Below are positions 1 to 11,229 of a stretch of 44,386 nucleotides of DNA, piece by piece. How positions within the stretch are numbered: the first letter of the stretch is position 1; each line of letters opens with the position of its first letter. The DNA lies in assembly GCF_004010195.1 (NCBI RefSeq), contig NW_025214476.1:1-44386 (forward strand). Reading direction: 5' to 3'. A program made the translations under genes and the position numbers. The notes below the pieces were generated by a model. That model was not told the DNA's origin, searched no databases, and saw only the letters and a program-made list of their open reading frames with translations. The DNA is from Chiloscyllium plagiosum (taxonomy: Eukaryota).

Positions 1-620
1 TTCAACCACAACCTGTAACTCTTTGCCAGGGTAACACCTCAGTCTGTCATTACCATCAACACCATCTACGGCTCAGTGACGAGTGTGGGTGAAGATGTCA
101 GAGTCAGAATCACATGAACTTTAACCTGATGCTAAGTCATTAAAGCTACCGGACTTGACCAACAGATCTGATCGAAGCTCTGCAGTCCTGTCACATTCAG
201 TTATAAATGGTGATGGACGATTAAACAAATGACTGGAGGAGATGGCTCCACAAATATTCCCATCCTAAATAATGGAACAGACCTGCACATCACATATGCC
301 ATTTTCAACTAATTAAATTCGCTGCACGTGACATGAAGAAACAGGTGAACACAATAGATACGACACAGGCAATGGGTCCTGACTCCATTCCTGCAATAGA
401 CTGAAGACTTATGCTGCACAACAAGCCATGTCCCTGGGGAAGCTGTTTAATTACAGCTCCAAACCTGACATCTCCATGGCAATGTGGAAAATTATTCAGC
501 TGTGTTCCGTCCTTTAAGAAGGGAAATATTACAAACTGACCAATTACAATCACCTCAGTCCCATCATGACAGCCAAATTGGTGGGAGTTCTTTTTGACAG
601 AGATGTCAAGCAGCACAGAT
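1..620 (+). mobile_element. Decayed non-LTR retrotransposon ORF2 fragment (same family as the 2372-5125 element)
   Basis: Broken frames resemble the pre-RT linker: 'AMGPDSIPAI.LKTYAAQQAMSLGKLF', 'MWKIIQLC', 'TNYNHLSP'. Paralogous to about 40124-40930. Confidence 0.6.
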
Positions 621-649
621 GTTCAGTCTGGTTTCCGATAGGTCCCCAT

Positions 650-915
650 CTGGAGATGGTGCCGTGGAAATGTCACTGGATTACTAATCGCGACCAGGCT
701 AATACTATGGAAGTTAAAAGCAATTAATAAAATATCGAGATCTAAAATCTAGGGTCAGTAACAGTGACCTTGAAGCCAATATCGACTGGAAACAGAATTT
801 CCTTTGCCAATGTACTTTTAGGAAGTGAATCTCCCATGATTTACTGGGCTGGCCTAAAAGTGACTCCAAAGACCCTGACATGTGATAAACATTTCAATGG
901 TCTCTGAAACGGTCA
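650..915 (+). mobile_element. Old SINE-like repeat
   Basis: Head 'ggtgccgtggaaatgtcactggattactaatc' and body 'ggcctaaaagtgactcca' resemble a shark SINE recalled from memory. Paralog at about 40960-41235. Confidence 0.45.
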
Positions 916-1214
916 ATCATGGCACTCATTTGTATCTAATACTCCGTGGTCTGAAAGGATAAAACCCGACAGAACATCCGGCCTCAGCATCAGTGTCGGA
1001 AAAGGGAATGGGAACACAGTCCTGTCGACCCTAACATCTGAGAGCTTGCGACAGCATTTACAGAGCTTTCCCACAGACTGCACAGAAACAGCGGGAAGAG
1101 AGTAGGTCATACAACACATTGAGTGTCCCCCATTCTAGTTCATGGAAAAAATCTCCGCAATGCACTTACCCCACACGATATACATATCCATTAATGTGAG
1201 TAACCTTGGGAAGC

Positions 1215-2365
1215 TATAAAATAGGAAGTGCAGTAGTACGTTTGGTCCATCGAGTTTGCTACCCAACTTAGTGTAATGATGGTTGGCCCTTCATTTCCAC
1301 ACCGTACTCCTGCTCTCCCAATATTCCTTTACTGTCTCTAAATCCTTATTTATAATCAGTGTCTTAGTTTCCAGGTGCGAAAGAATTCCCCAGGTTCACC
1401 AGTCTGTGAGTGCAGACATTTATTCTCATCTCCATGCAGAGTGACCTGCCTGTACCTAATACTGTGACTCCTTGTTCTAGACGTCCCAGCGAGGGGAATT
1501 ATCATCCCTGCTTCCAATCTGTCTCACCCTGTCAGACTTTTGTACATTTCACTGATTTCTCCACTCATTTTCCTAAACCCCATGGAATACTGGCCCAGTC
1601 ACCACAAACTCTGCTCCCACAACAAGCTCGCCATCCCAGATATCAGTCTGGTCATCCTTCACTGCTCTCTCTCAATGTCAGGTTTGTCCTTTATTCGGTA
1701 TGGAGATAAGAACTGTCCACAATACTGCACAATGTTTGAAATGATGTCTCACCAAGGCCCTGTATATCTGCAGTAAGACACCCTTTCTCCTGGAATCACA
1801 TCCCCCTGAAATGAAGGTCAGCACACCATTTATCTTCTTAACTGTTTTCTGTCCTGCAATATTGCTTTCAGTGACTGGTGTACAAGGAGATCCAGATCCT
1901 TTTCAATTTTATAGCTCCCCACTTGCTGGTTCTATGTACACTAGTCAGCGTGCCAATGCCATGCCCAGTATTGACTTCTGGTTACAGAACTCACTGCGCT
2001 GCATGGGCCTCGGAGGTTTATGCAGAAGGAAACAACAAAAAGGAGCATACGTTCCTTTGTAAATCAACATGTTTCAACCAATCCCTTTCAAATGGCAGGC
2101 TGCCAATTTATCGTTTCCACCAAAGGGCACACCGTCACCTCTATCCACATTGTTCTCCATCTGTCACGTATTTACCCATTCACTCCACTTGTCTTAGTCT
2201 TCTCGGTGCTTTTTTACAAACTCCTCACCCACTCACAATCCCACATCGGTTACTGCTGTCAGCAGACAAAGATATATTGTATCTGATTCCAGCAACCAAA
2301 TGTTTAAAGGGCATTGTGAACACCTGGGCGCCAGGCACTGATCCCTGTGACACCTCAGCAAACTT
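1215..2365 (-). mobile_element. Old CR1 LINE 3' fragment, interrupted by an orphan segment at about 1905-2070
   Basis: Reverse complement of CR1 RT C-terminus and 3' UTR motifs, e.g. 'aactgtccacaatactgc' and 'gtgactggtgtacaagg'. Confidence 0.6.
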
Positions 2366-2371
2366 CCTCTG

Positions 2372-5125
2372 TTAATTTCTATTTATTTATTTCGTGAATC
2401 TGGGTGTCATTGGCTGGGCCAGCATTTATTACCTGACCCTAGTTGCCCTTGAGAAGGTGGTGGTGAGCTGCCTTGATGAATGCTGCAGTCCACCTCCTGT
2501 GATTGACCTCCAATGCCATTAGGGAGGGAATTCCAGGATTCTGAACCAGTGACTGTGAAGGAGCGGTGATATATTTCCAAGTCAGGATGGTGAATGGCTT
2601 GGAGGGAACCTAAAGATGATGGTATTTCCATACATCTGCAGCCCTTGTCCTTCGAGATAGACATAGTCGTGAGTTGGGAAGGTGGTCTCTGAGGATCTTT
2701 GGTGAATCATTTCACTGCAGCATGTAGATAGTAAAACACTGCTTCTGCTGCTGAGCATTGATGGTGGAGCATTGTGGATGAAGGTACAATCAAACTGGTT
2801 GCTTTGTCCTGGATGGTATAAAGCTTCTTGATTGTTGTTGGAGCTGCACTCATCCAGGCAAATTGGAAGTCTTCTATCACACTTCCGACTTATGCATTGT
2901 AGATGATGGACAGACTTTTGGAAATCAGGATGTGAGTTACTCGCCACAGTATTCCTAGCTCCTGACCTGTTCTTGTAGTTACTGTGTTTATGTGGCGAGA
3001 CCAGTGAGTTTTTGAGCAATGATTACCCATCAGGACTTTGGTACTGGGGGATTCAGTGATAGTAACACCATTGAATACCAAGGGGCAGGTTAGATTGTAT
3101 TTTATTGGTGATGGTCACGGTCTGGCATTTGTGTGGCCTAAATATTACTTGCCACTTGCCAGCCTGGATACTGTCCAGATCTTGTCGCATTTGAACATGG
3201 ACTGCTTCAGTATTTGAGGAGCCACAAATGTTGCAGAACATTGTACAATCATTGGCGAACATCCCCACTTCTCACCTTAAAATGGAGGGAAGGTCATTGA
3301 TGAAGCAGCCCTGAAGAAGTTTTCGGCCACGGCTCGAGGGACTCCTGCAGACTTGGAGCTGAGTTGACTGACCTTTATCAACCATGACCACCTTCCTATG
3401 TGTCAGATACGATTCTAACCAACGGGGAGTTTGCCTCTGATACCCATTGATTCCAGTGTTGCTAAGGCCCCTTGATACCATACTGGGTCGAATTCAGCCT
3501 TGATTTGAAGGGCTGTCACTATCACCCCACTTCTGTAATTCAGCTCTGTTATCCATGTTTGACAACGGTAATGAGGCCAGGAGCTGAGTGGCCCTGGTGG
3601 AGCCCAAACTGGTCGTCATTGAGCAGGTTATTGTTGAGCAGGTGCTGCTTAAAAGCACTGATACCTTCTACCACTTTACTGATGATCGACAGTAGACTGA
3701 TGAAGTGGTAATTGGCCGGATTGGAGTTGTTTTGCTTTTTGTATACAGGAGATAATTGGGTAATTTTCGACATAATCGGGGAAAGCCATTGTTGTAACTG
3801 TATTTAAACAGTTTGTCTCGGGGAGTGGCAAGTTATGGAGCACAAGTATTCTGTACTATTGCCAGAATGTTGTCAGATTATGGACCCTAGGGAGTATCCA
3901 GTATCTCCAACCATTTCTGGATATCGCGTGGACTGAATCGAATTGGTTGATGACTGGTAACTAACTTGCTGAGGACCACTGGAGGGGGCTGAAATGGATC
4001 ATCCACTCAGCACTTCTGATTGAAGATTGTTGCGAATGCATCAGTCTTATCTTATACACTGAAGTGCTGGGCTCTTCCATCATTGAGGAAGGGGTTATTT
4101 GTGGAATCTCTTCCTCCAGTGAATTGTTTAATTGTCCCCAATGTTTCTCGGCTAGATGTGGAAGGACTGCAGAGCTTAGATCTGAACCGTTGCTTGTGGG
4201 ATCACTTAGATCTGTTTATCACTTACTGCTTCTGTTGTTAGGCACACACGTTGTCCTGTTTGGTGGCTTCACCAGGCTGACACCTCATTGTCAGGTATGC
4301 CTGGCGCTACTCCTGCCATCCTGCACACTCCATTGAACCAATGTTGATCCTCTGGATTGATGGTAATTGTTGCGAAGGGGATATGCCAGGCCATGAGGTT
4401 GTGCGGGAGTACAATCCCACTGCTATTAATGACCCACAACACCTTATGGACACCCAGATTTGAGCTGCTAGATCTGTTCGAAGTCTGACCTATTAAGCAC
4501 CGTGATAGGACCACTCAAAATGTTGGAGGTTATTCTCAATATGCAGGTGTGACTTTGTCTCCACAATGACTATGCGGTGGTCTTTCTTACCGATACTGTT
4601 ATGGACAGATGCTTCTGCAACTCGCAGATGAGGAAGGCTGTGGTCAAGTATGTATTTTCCTCTTGTTGGTTCCTTCACCACCTGCCGCCAGTTATATCCT
4701 TTAGGACCCGGCCAGCTCGATCAGTAATGCTGTAGCTGAGATACCGTTGGTGGTGAACATTGAAATCCCCCACCCAGAGTACTTCTTGCGTCCGTGCTAC
4801 CCTCAGTGCATCCTCCAAGTGTTGGTCAGCATCGAGGAGGACTGATTCATCAGTTGAGAGAGGCTGGTATATGGTAATCAGCAGGAGGTTTCCTTTCCCG
4901 TGTGCAAACTAATGCCATGAGAATTCATGGGAAACTGAGTCACTGTTGAGGACTCCAAGAGCAATTCCCTTCCAACTGTATCCACTGTACCGCCACTTCT
5001 GCTGTGTCCGTCCTGCTGATGAGACAGGAGATATCCGGGGAAGGTGATGGGGAGTCTGGGACATAGTCATGCTCACAGAATCATACCTTTCAGAAAATGT
5101 CAGGCTATTACTTGACGAGGCTGTT
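2372..5125 (-). mobile_element. Non-LTR retrotransposon (APE endonuclease + RT, CR1/L2 group), about 2.75 kb, frameshifted
   Basis: Collinear minus-strand peptides: 'VKEPTRGKYILD...DHRIVIVET' (EN), 'VYKKQNNSNPANYHFISLLSIISKVVEG..DDQFG' (RT), 'GMFANDCTMF' (degenerate FADD). A-rich 3' end near 2375. Absent from the paralogous copy near 43300. Confidence 0.85.
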
Positions 5126-6304
5126 TATTTCTACTCACTGTTTCCTGCCAGCTGTCCCATTCTAGAAACATGTCCATATATTAGCCCCAATCCACTCAGA
5201 TTTGATTTTGCAAATTGGGCTTGGAGCTTTACCAACATTTTCCTAAAAATCAAAATGTTTTACATCCATTTCTTCCCTTTCATTTGTCTTCCAGTCTGTT
5301 TCTCAAACATAATTCCCATTTCATAAATCTATGTTAGTGTTGTCTATGACCATTACTTTCAGCCACAATACTTTCTGCGAAACCATTTACTTACTATGTT
5401 TATTGTTTCATGTACTCCATCATTTTTCCACACCAGAAGTGGTTTTCCTTGTATTGTTAGAAAGTTTTGTGAAGACAGAACTGAAGTAGTGGCTTCATAG
5501 TTCTGCCATTTCCCTGTTCCCATTCTCCATTCTCTTGTCTAAAACTGTAAGGAAACTGCACTTGTTTTCTCATATTTCTCACATTGACATAATTTAACAA
5601 GCTAATACAGTTCACTCTTATAGCCCTTATGAATATAACTCTTCAGAAATCCATCAATTCCTGCCTTAAACTGCTCAATAATTGACCTTCCACACCTTAC
5701 ACTCACAGGGACATAGACTCTGTGCCAACAGAAATACAGCAAGATCTATACTGTCCCACTTTCCTACACCAGGCCCATAGCCTGAAATGTTATGACACTT
5801 CCAATTGCTCGTCAAAGTACTTTTTAACGATTGTGAGGTGATCATTCCCCTCTCAGGAAATGATAGTAGAACCCCACACCTCGAGGTGAGAAAATGTTTA
5901 AATCATCTCTGAACCTCAAACTCTTCACTTTAAAAGTGTGCTCCTTTGTTCTTGACCCTCTCACTAAAAGGAACAGCTGCTGTCTATCCACTCTGTCCGT
6001 GTCGCTTATCATCTTATCCTTCTGAATCACTGATTCCTCAGCTTTCTCTGCTCCAAACTAAACAACCGAGCTTATCCAGCCTCTCTCCATAGCTGATATG
6101 CTCCATCCCAGGGAACATCCTGGTGAATCACCTCTGCACCCCCTCCAGAGCAATCACATCCTTCCTGTAATATGGTTCCCGGAGCGACATACAGTACTCC
6201 ATTTTGGCCGAACCAAAGCCCTGTATTGCTCTTATAATCTACACCCTGATTCGGCATCGCTATATCCAAGGTCCAATTCTTAACTAGTCCATTAACCTGT
6301 CCAG

Positions 6305-6510
6305 GAGAAAGTGAGGAATGCAGATGCTGGAGATCAGAGCTTAAAAAATGTACAGCTGGAAAAGCGCAGCAGGTCAGGCAGCATCAAAGGAGCAGCAGAA
6401 TCAACGTTTCGGGCAAAAGCCTTCTTCAGGAATCTGCCCGAAACATCGATTCTCCTGCTCCTTTGATGCTGCCTGACCTGCTGCGCTTTTCCAGCAACAC
6501 ATTTTTAAGC
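6305..6510. mobile_element. Penelope-like terminal-repeat insertion forming a long hairpin, with 14-bp TSD
   Basis: Arms 6339-6415 and 6435-6510 are near-perfect reverse complements. 'attaacctgtccag' is repeated at 6291-6304 and 6511-6524. The sequence resembles the PLE terminus at 9440-9575. Confidence 0.85.
6398..6434 (-). ncRNA. Minimal type I hammerhead ribozyme motif
   Basis: Minus strand reads gattc-CTGAAGA-a-ggc-tttt-gcc-c-GAAA-cgtt-gat: CUGANGA/GAAA core and stem II ggc/gcc. Confidence 0.55.
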
Positions 6511-8877
6511 ATTAACCTGTCCAGTCACATTCAGGGATGTGTGGAGAAGCACAATCTGAGCTTCCCAATGTGCTGCCATTCATTGAGTCCTCCCCTGCCT
6601 GATTCCATCTCCCAAAGTGAATCAGCACATATTTATCAGGGTTACATTCTATCTGCCATTGATGTGCCCATCTGACCATTCCATCTGCATTTTTCTGTAA
6701 CTTAAGGCCTTCCCCCTCACTGCTAACCACCCAGGCAATCTTTATGTCAAACATACTCTTACTTATCACACCTTCCTCAGTCTCCACCTAGCCCCATCCA
6801 CATTCAGATCTATATTTTGTTATGAATAACAAAAACAATAAGGGACACAACACTGATCTCTGTGGTACACCAGGGGACACTGGTCTCCAGTCACACAAAC
6901 AGCCTTCTCCCACCACCATCTGTTTCCTGCTACTAAGACAATTTTCATTGTAACTTGTCAAGTTATCCACCATATTGTGAGATTTTACTATATGTTTCAG
7001 TTTCCCAGGTGGAAATTTGTCAAAGGCCTTCCTACAAAACTAAATAATCGACCTCCTCAAACTAATTCAATCAAATCCATTGGATGTGACTTCCTCCTGA
7101 TAAAGTCATGATGATTATCCCTGATCAAACCTTGTGAACTCTGATTGGAGTTCGATTGTCTCCTTCCCTATTTTATCTAGTAGTTTCCTTAACAGTGATC
7201 TAATACTCGCTCGTCTATAGTTCCCTGGTCTATCTCTCCCACCCTAACTGTGAGGTGGAATCGTATTAGCAGTTCTCCAGTTCTCTGGCACCTCCCCTAT
7301 GGTCAGATTCTAATTAAAATATTCAGTCAGGGTCTTTCCTCCTTTGACCCCAACAGCCGCCTGTGATACAACTCATTCAGACATGGAGATTGGTCCAAAT
7401 TTGTACAGAACAAAACCTCAAATCCCTGCTCGTATTTTACATCAATCTTTTCAAGAGCTTCCTAGTCCATCTTCTTGAATTCTGTACCTGCATCCTCCTT
7501 CTCCCAAGTAAAATAGGTGTGGAGATCTCATGGAACAATCCATCAATGTTCTCCAGCTTGACACACAGATTGCCCTTTTGGTTTCGAATGGACACTAACT
7601 GTTTGCTGATTATTCTGTTCTACTTGTCCGTGTAGAATACCGTGGGATTCTTCCTGATCTCGCCTACTTGTATTTCTTCATGTCCCGCTGTTATTCAGTC
7701 CTTTCGATGTTTCTAAGATTCACTACAATCAACTCTCATGTTTTGAAACTCGAGATTACAGGCTGAGGTTCCCCATCAGATAATCTTGCCATTTTATGGA
7801 TTAATCTGGATATTACCTTTTAAAGTTCCTCTGTAGTCAATATATTCTTTCTTAGATTGGGACTCTGAACGATACACAATATTCTACGTTTAGTCTCAAC
7901 AACGCTCGATGCAACGTTTGCACGACATCCTCTATCTTCCAATTACATTCACATGAATGTAAACCTAATTTTTATTTTCCCATTTGCATATGTTCTTCCC
8001 AATACCTCTCGCTTTAATTTTTCTTATGAACTTGCTGTGTGAGGTCTTTAAAAAAAGTTCATGAATATTCAACTATACGTTATCCAATGGTTCATCATTG
8101 CCTTTGTCCAAAATAATCATCTTCAAACCATTCCAAAAATATGTTTGCCACTTCTGGTTTTCCTTTCATCGGTACATTCTCACACTCCCCAGTTATGTTA
8201 TTACCTTCTAAATATCTAGTAGCATGTTCTTTGTAATCGAGTCCAACAGATACCTGACTGCAGATGACAAGATAACTGGTCTGTCGTTCACCATTCTCCA
8301 AATTCATCTTTTCTTAAACTGTTGGACAATATTTATAACCTTTGCCTTGCTAAATGCCTTTCGGGAATGTGTTGGAAAATAAAGTGAAAATCTGTGATGC
8401 AATCAACATGTCTATTGCTGCTTCCTCTGAAATTCTTGTATGAAGTACATCTAGTCTGTCAGATTTATAAATACCCAATCCAACCATCTTTTCAAAGATG
8501 ACCTCAACATTGATAAGAAAGGTCTTAGACTTTACTTACACAAGTCCCATGGTCACTTGGAATTTCTGGAAGTATTTCTGGACATTCTTCCATGAAGATA
8601 GACACAAAGAAACTTTTTCTTTTCCCTGCGATTTCTCTGTTCTCTGCAATAAATTATCCTGAACGCACACCAACTGTTCCACATTTGACTTTGTTTTTAT
8701 TTTTTTTCATACATTGATAGATGCTTTTTAGCAGTCTTTATGTTTTTCTTTCATTTGCACGCTTTTTATCTTTTAGATTTTCTTCTCAGTTTCTTGGTCA
8801 TCCTTTGCTGGGTCCTATATCTCTTTGAATCCACTGGCTTTCTGCAACACTTGGCATTTTTCTAAGCTGCCTCCTTT

Positions 8878-9575
8878 AATCTAATAGGAAGATGAAGGTG
8901 GGGTTGAAAGTGATAGTCGGAGAGGAAGGAGCGTGGACCAGATTGATAGGGAGGAAGGTGAACACATAGGAACGTTCAAAAGGGCTTTGCTGATTTGGAA
9001 GTTTGGAGTAGGATAAGGTGGGATTAGGGAAAATGGTGGAATCCACTATGATCCCCTGTGGTTGGAGGGTCCAAAGGCAGAAGAGGAGGCTTTGTTCCTC
9101 CAGGCTTCTGGTGGCTCGGGTTTGGCGATGGAGCAGGCCCAGGATCCTCATGTCCTTGGCAGAGTGGGAAGGGGAATTGAAGTGCTCAGCCAAAAGGTGA
9201 TGGATTTGTTGAATGTGGCTGTCCCAGAGATGTTCTCTGAAATGATCCACAAGTTGACCTCCTGCTTTGCCAATGTAGAGAAAACCACATTGGGTTTAAT
9301 GGATGCAGTAGATGAGGCGTTCTGTCTCCCTTCGTCACCTAGCACTTACAACCCCACCTTCATCTACTTATCACAATCACAGCTACCTCCCCCCTGCCTC
9401 TCCCCCTTCTCATTTACCCTCACCCCCTTGGCCCAGAAGCTTCATTCCTGATGAAGGGCTTATGCCCGAAACATACATTTATCTACTCTTAGTATGCTGC
9501 CTGACTGCGCTTTTCCAGCACCACACTCTTCGATTCTGATCTCCAGCATCTGTCGTCCCCAATTTCTCCTCACAC
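8878..9575 (-). mobile_element. Penelope-like element fragment (GIY-YIG C-terminus on minus, inverted terminal repeat 9326-9575 on plus)
   Basis: ORF 8876-9250: 'DHFREHL...AEHFNSPSHSAKDMRILGL...RSLEEQSLLFCLWTLQPQGI', typical of a PLE GIY-YIG endonuclease. Confidence 0.85.
9445..9478 (+). ncRNA. Minimal hammerhead ribozyme motif (cleavage side mutated)
   Basis: ttc-CTGATGA-a-gggc-ttat-gccc-GAAA-cata. Stem II is perfect, but cata replaces the usual cgtc. Confidence 0.5.
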
Positions 9576-10499
9576 CTTCCTGGCTTGCATGACTCAGATT
9601 TATAACGGTTACTGCAAATAAAACAAAAACTGTCATGTACTCAAACAGCATAAAAGAAAACCAATACATTGTGGTCACGGCTCCCAAAAGGTCCTTTACA
9701 GCAAAATTTTCAATTAGCTCTTCGGATCACTCAACACCAATTCCTAAATAACCTGCTCTCGAGCTCAGTGCTCGACATAATGTTCATGTAAACCATCTCA
9801 CACGTGGTCATAAAATCCATTTTTCCCACCATTAGCATTCAATTGGGTTAACACAGTTTAGATATAATGTAAACAGTACATTATTACTGCAGTATCCACA
9901 AATGTGTATATATCATTTCCTGTTTTATAACATGTCCAGCATTTGTATTGCGGCTTTCACTTTGATATATAACAACCATCAATGTTTGCTCCTCCTTGCT
10001 GTTTTTGTGCTCCACCTTTATAGATTCTGTGGAATCTGGACGACGTGGGCTCTGGGGAGATTAATGGTAGGATCATCTCGCCACATCATTTATGATCTTC
10101 TCAAACTTTAATTTCCCCAGATCTCCCGTTATTCTGACGGAGTAGGGAAGGACAATGATCTTCCAACAATGCTCTGTATTCGCCCAGAGAGCTGGGACAG
10201 CTATAACCTGGGTGGGAACTTTACAGCAGGCTGGTAAAGTGTTGCTGCTGCTGTACAGAGAGATCACATCTGGAGTAGTATGTACAGATTTAGCCTCTTC
10301 TCTGAAGAAAGGATGTTGTTATATTGGAAGCAGCTAAGAGATGGTTCCCTCAACTGATTCCTGCAATGAAGGTGCTAGCTTATAACGAAAGGGTATCAGG
10401 TTGACCCAGTAGCCATTGGAGTTTAGATAAATTGAAGATGATCGTATTTGAACATAGAAGACAGAAGGAGTTAACAAGTGAAGCGAATTACATAGATAG

Positions 10500-11200
10500 T
10501 GGAGGAATCCATTCCGTTCTCCAGTTATACAGGAACAACAGGAGGATATTCAGGCCTTCGAACCTGTTACACCAAAACAGGACGAGGCTATTCAGCCCCT
10601 GGACCCTGATATACATTTATAGAAGGAGGCCAATCAGCCACTCGAGCCTATAACAGTACGCCATGCAGCACGAGCATCCTGTTAAACAGCAACGAGATCA
10701 GTCCATTCAGCCTCCTCAAATATGTAACATAGGAATTGGAAGAGATCACACAGTGACTGGAGATTGTTACACTGGGATAACAAGAGGCCATTCAGACCCA
10801 CCTAACTTATTGCAAGGGAATTGGATAAGGATAAACACTATCTGAGACTTCTTCCATGAGAAAGGAAGAGGCAATTTAGACACGTGTCTGTTGTATGGGA
10901 ACAAGAGAAGACCAATCAATGCCTCGGTCCCATCTCTGGGATACATGAGGAGACCATTCAGTATTTCCACCTGTTATGGGGAAGTATGAGAAGACCTATC
11001 AGCCCATCAAAATATTACACAGCAACAGGAAGATTCCATAATCTCCCACTCCTCTAAAGCATCAACAGGAAGAGGTCATTCTGACCTTGGAGACGACAAC
11101 ATGGGAACACCAGAAAGACATCAGCCCATCGATTCTGGACACCAGCAGGATGATGAGTCCATTCAGCCACATATGGCTCTTACACAGCATTTGGATCAGA
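10500..11200 (+). repeat. Degenerate minisatellite of about 42 bp (aacaggaggaggccattcagcccctcgagcctgttacac-like)
   Basis: The t/atcag core recurs at 10549, 10591 and 10633 (42-bp spacing) and continues in degraded form. Confidence 0.75.
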
Positions 11201-11229
11201 TCTCTTTAAAACGTTTGCCCATTAAATAG

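Larger units (their letters stand above)
5125..8875 (-). mobile_element. Patchwork of decayed CR1 LINE fragments
   Basis: Minus-strand peptides such as 'RKQMVVGEGCLCDWRPVSPGVPQRSVLCPLLF', 'WAHQWQIECNPDK' and 'SRTKEHTFKVKS'. Confidence 0.75.

Noticed and set aside
10500..11200. CRISPR-like repeat-spacer appearance
   Set aside because: Units are degenerate along their whole length with no unique spacers and no cas genes, and the context is vertebrate.
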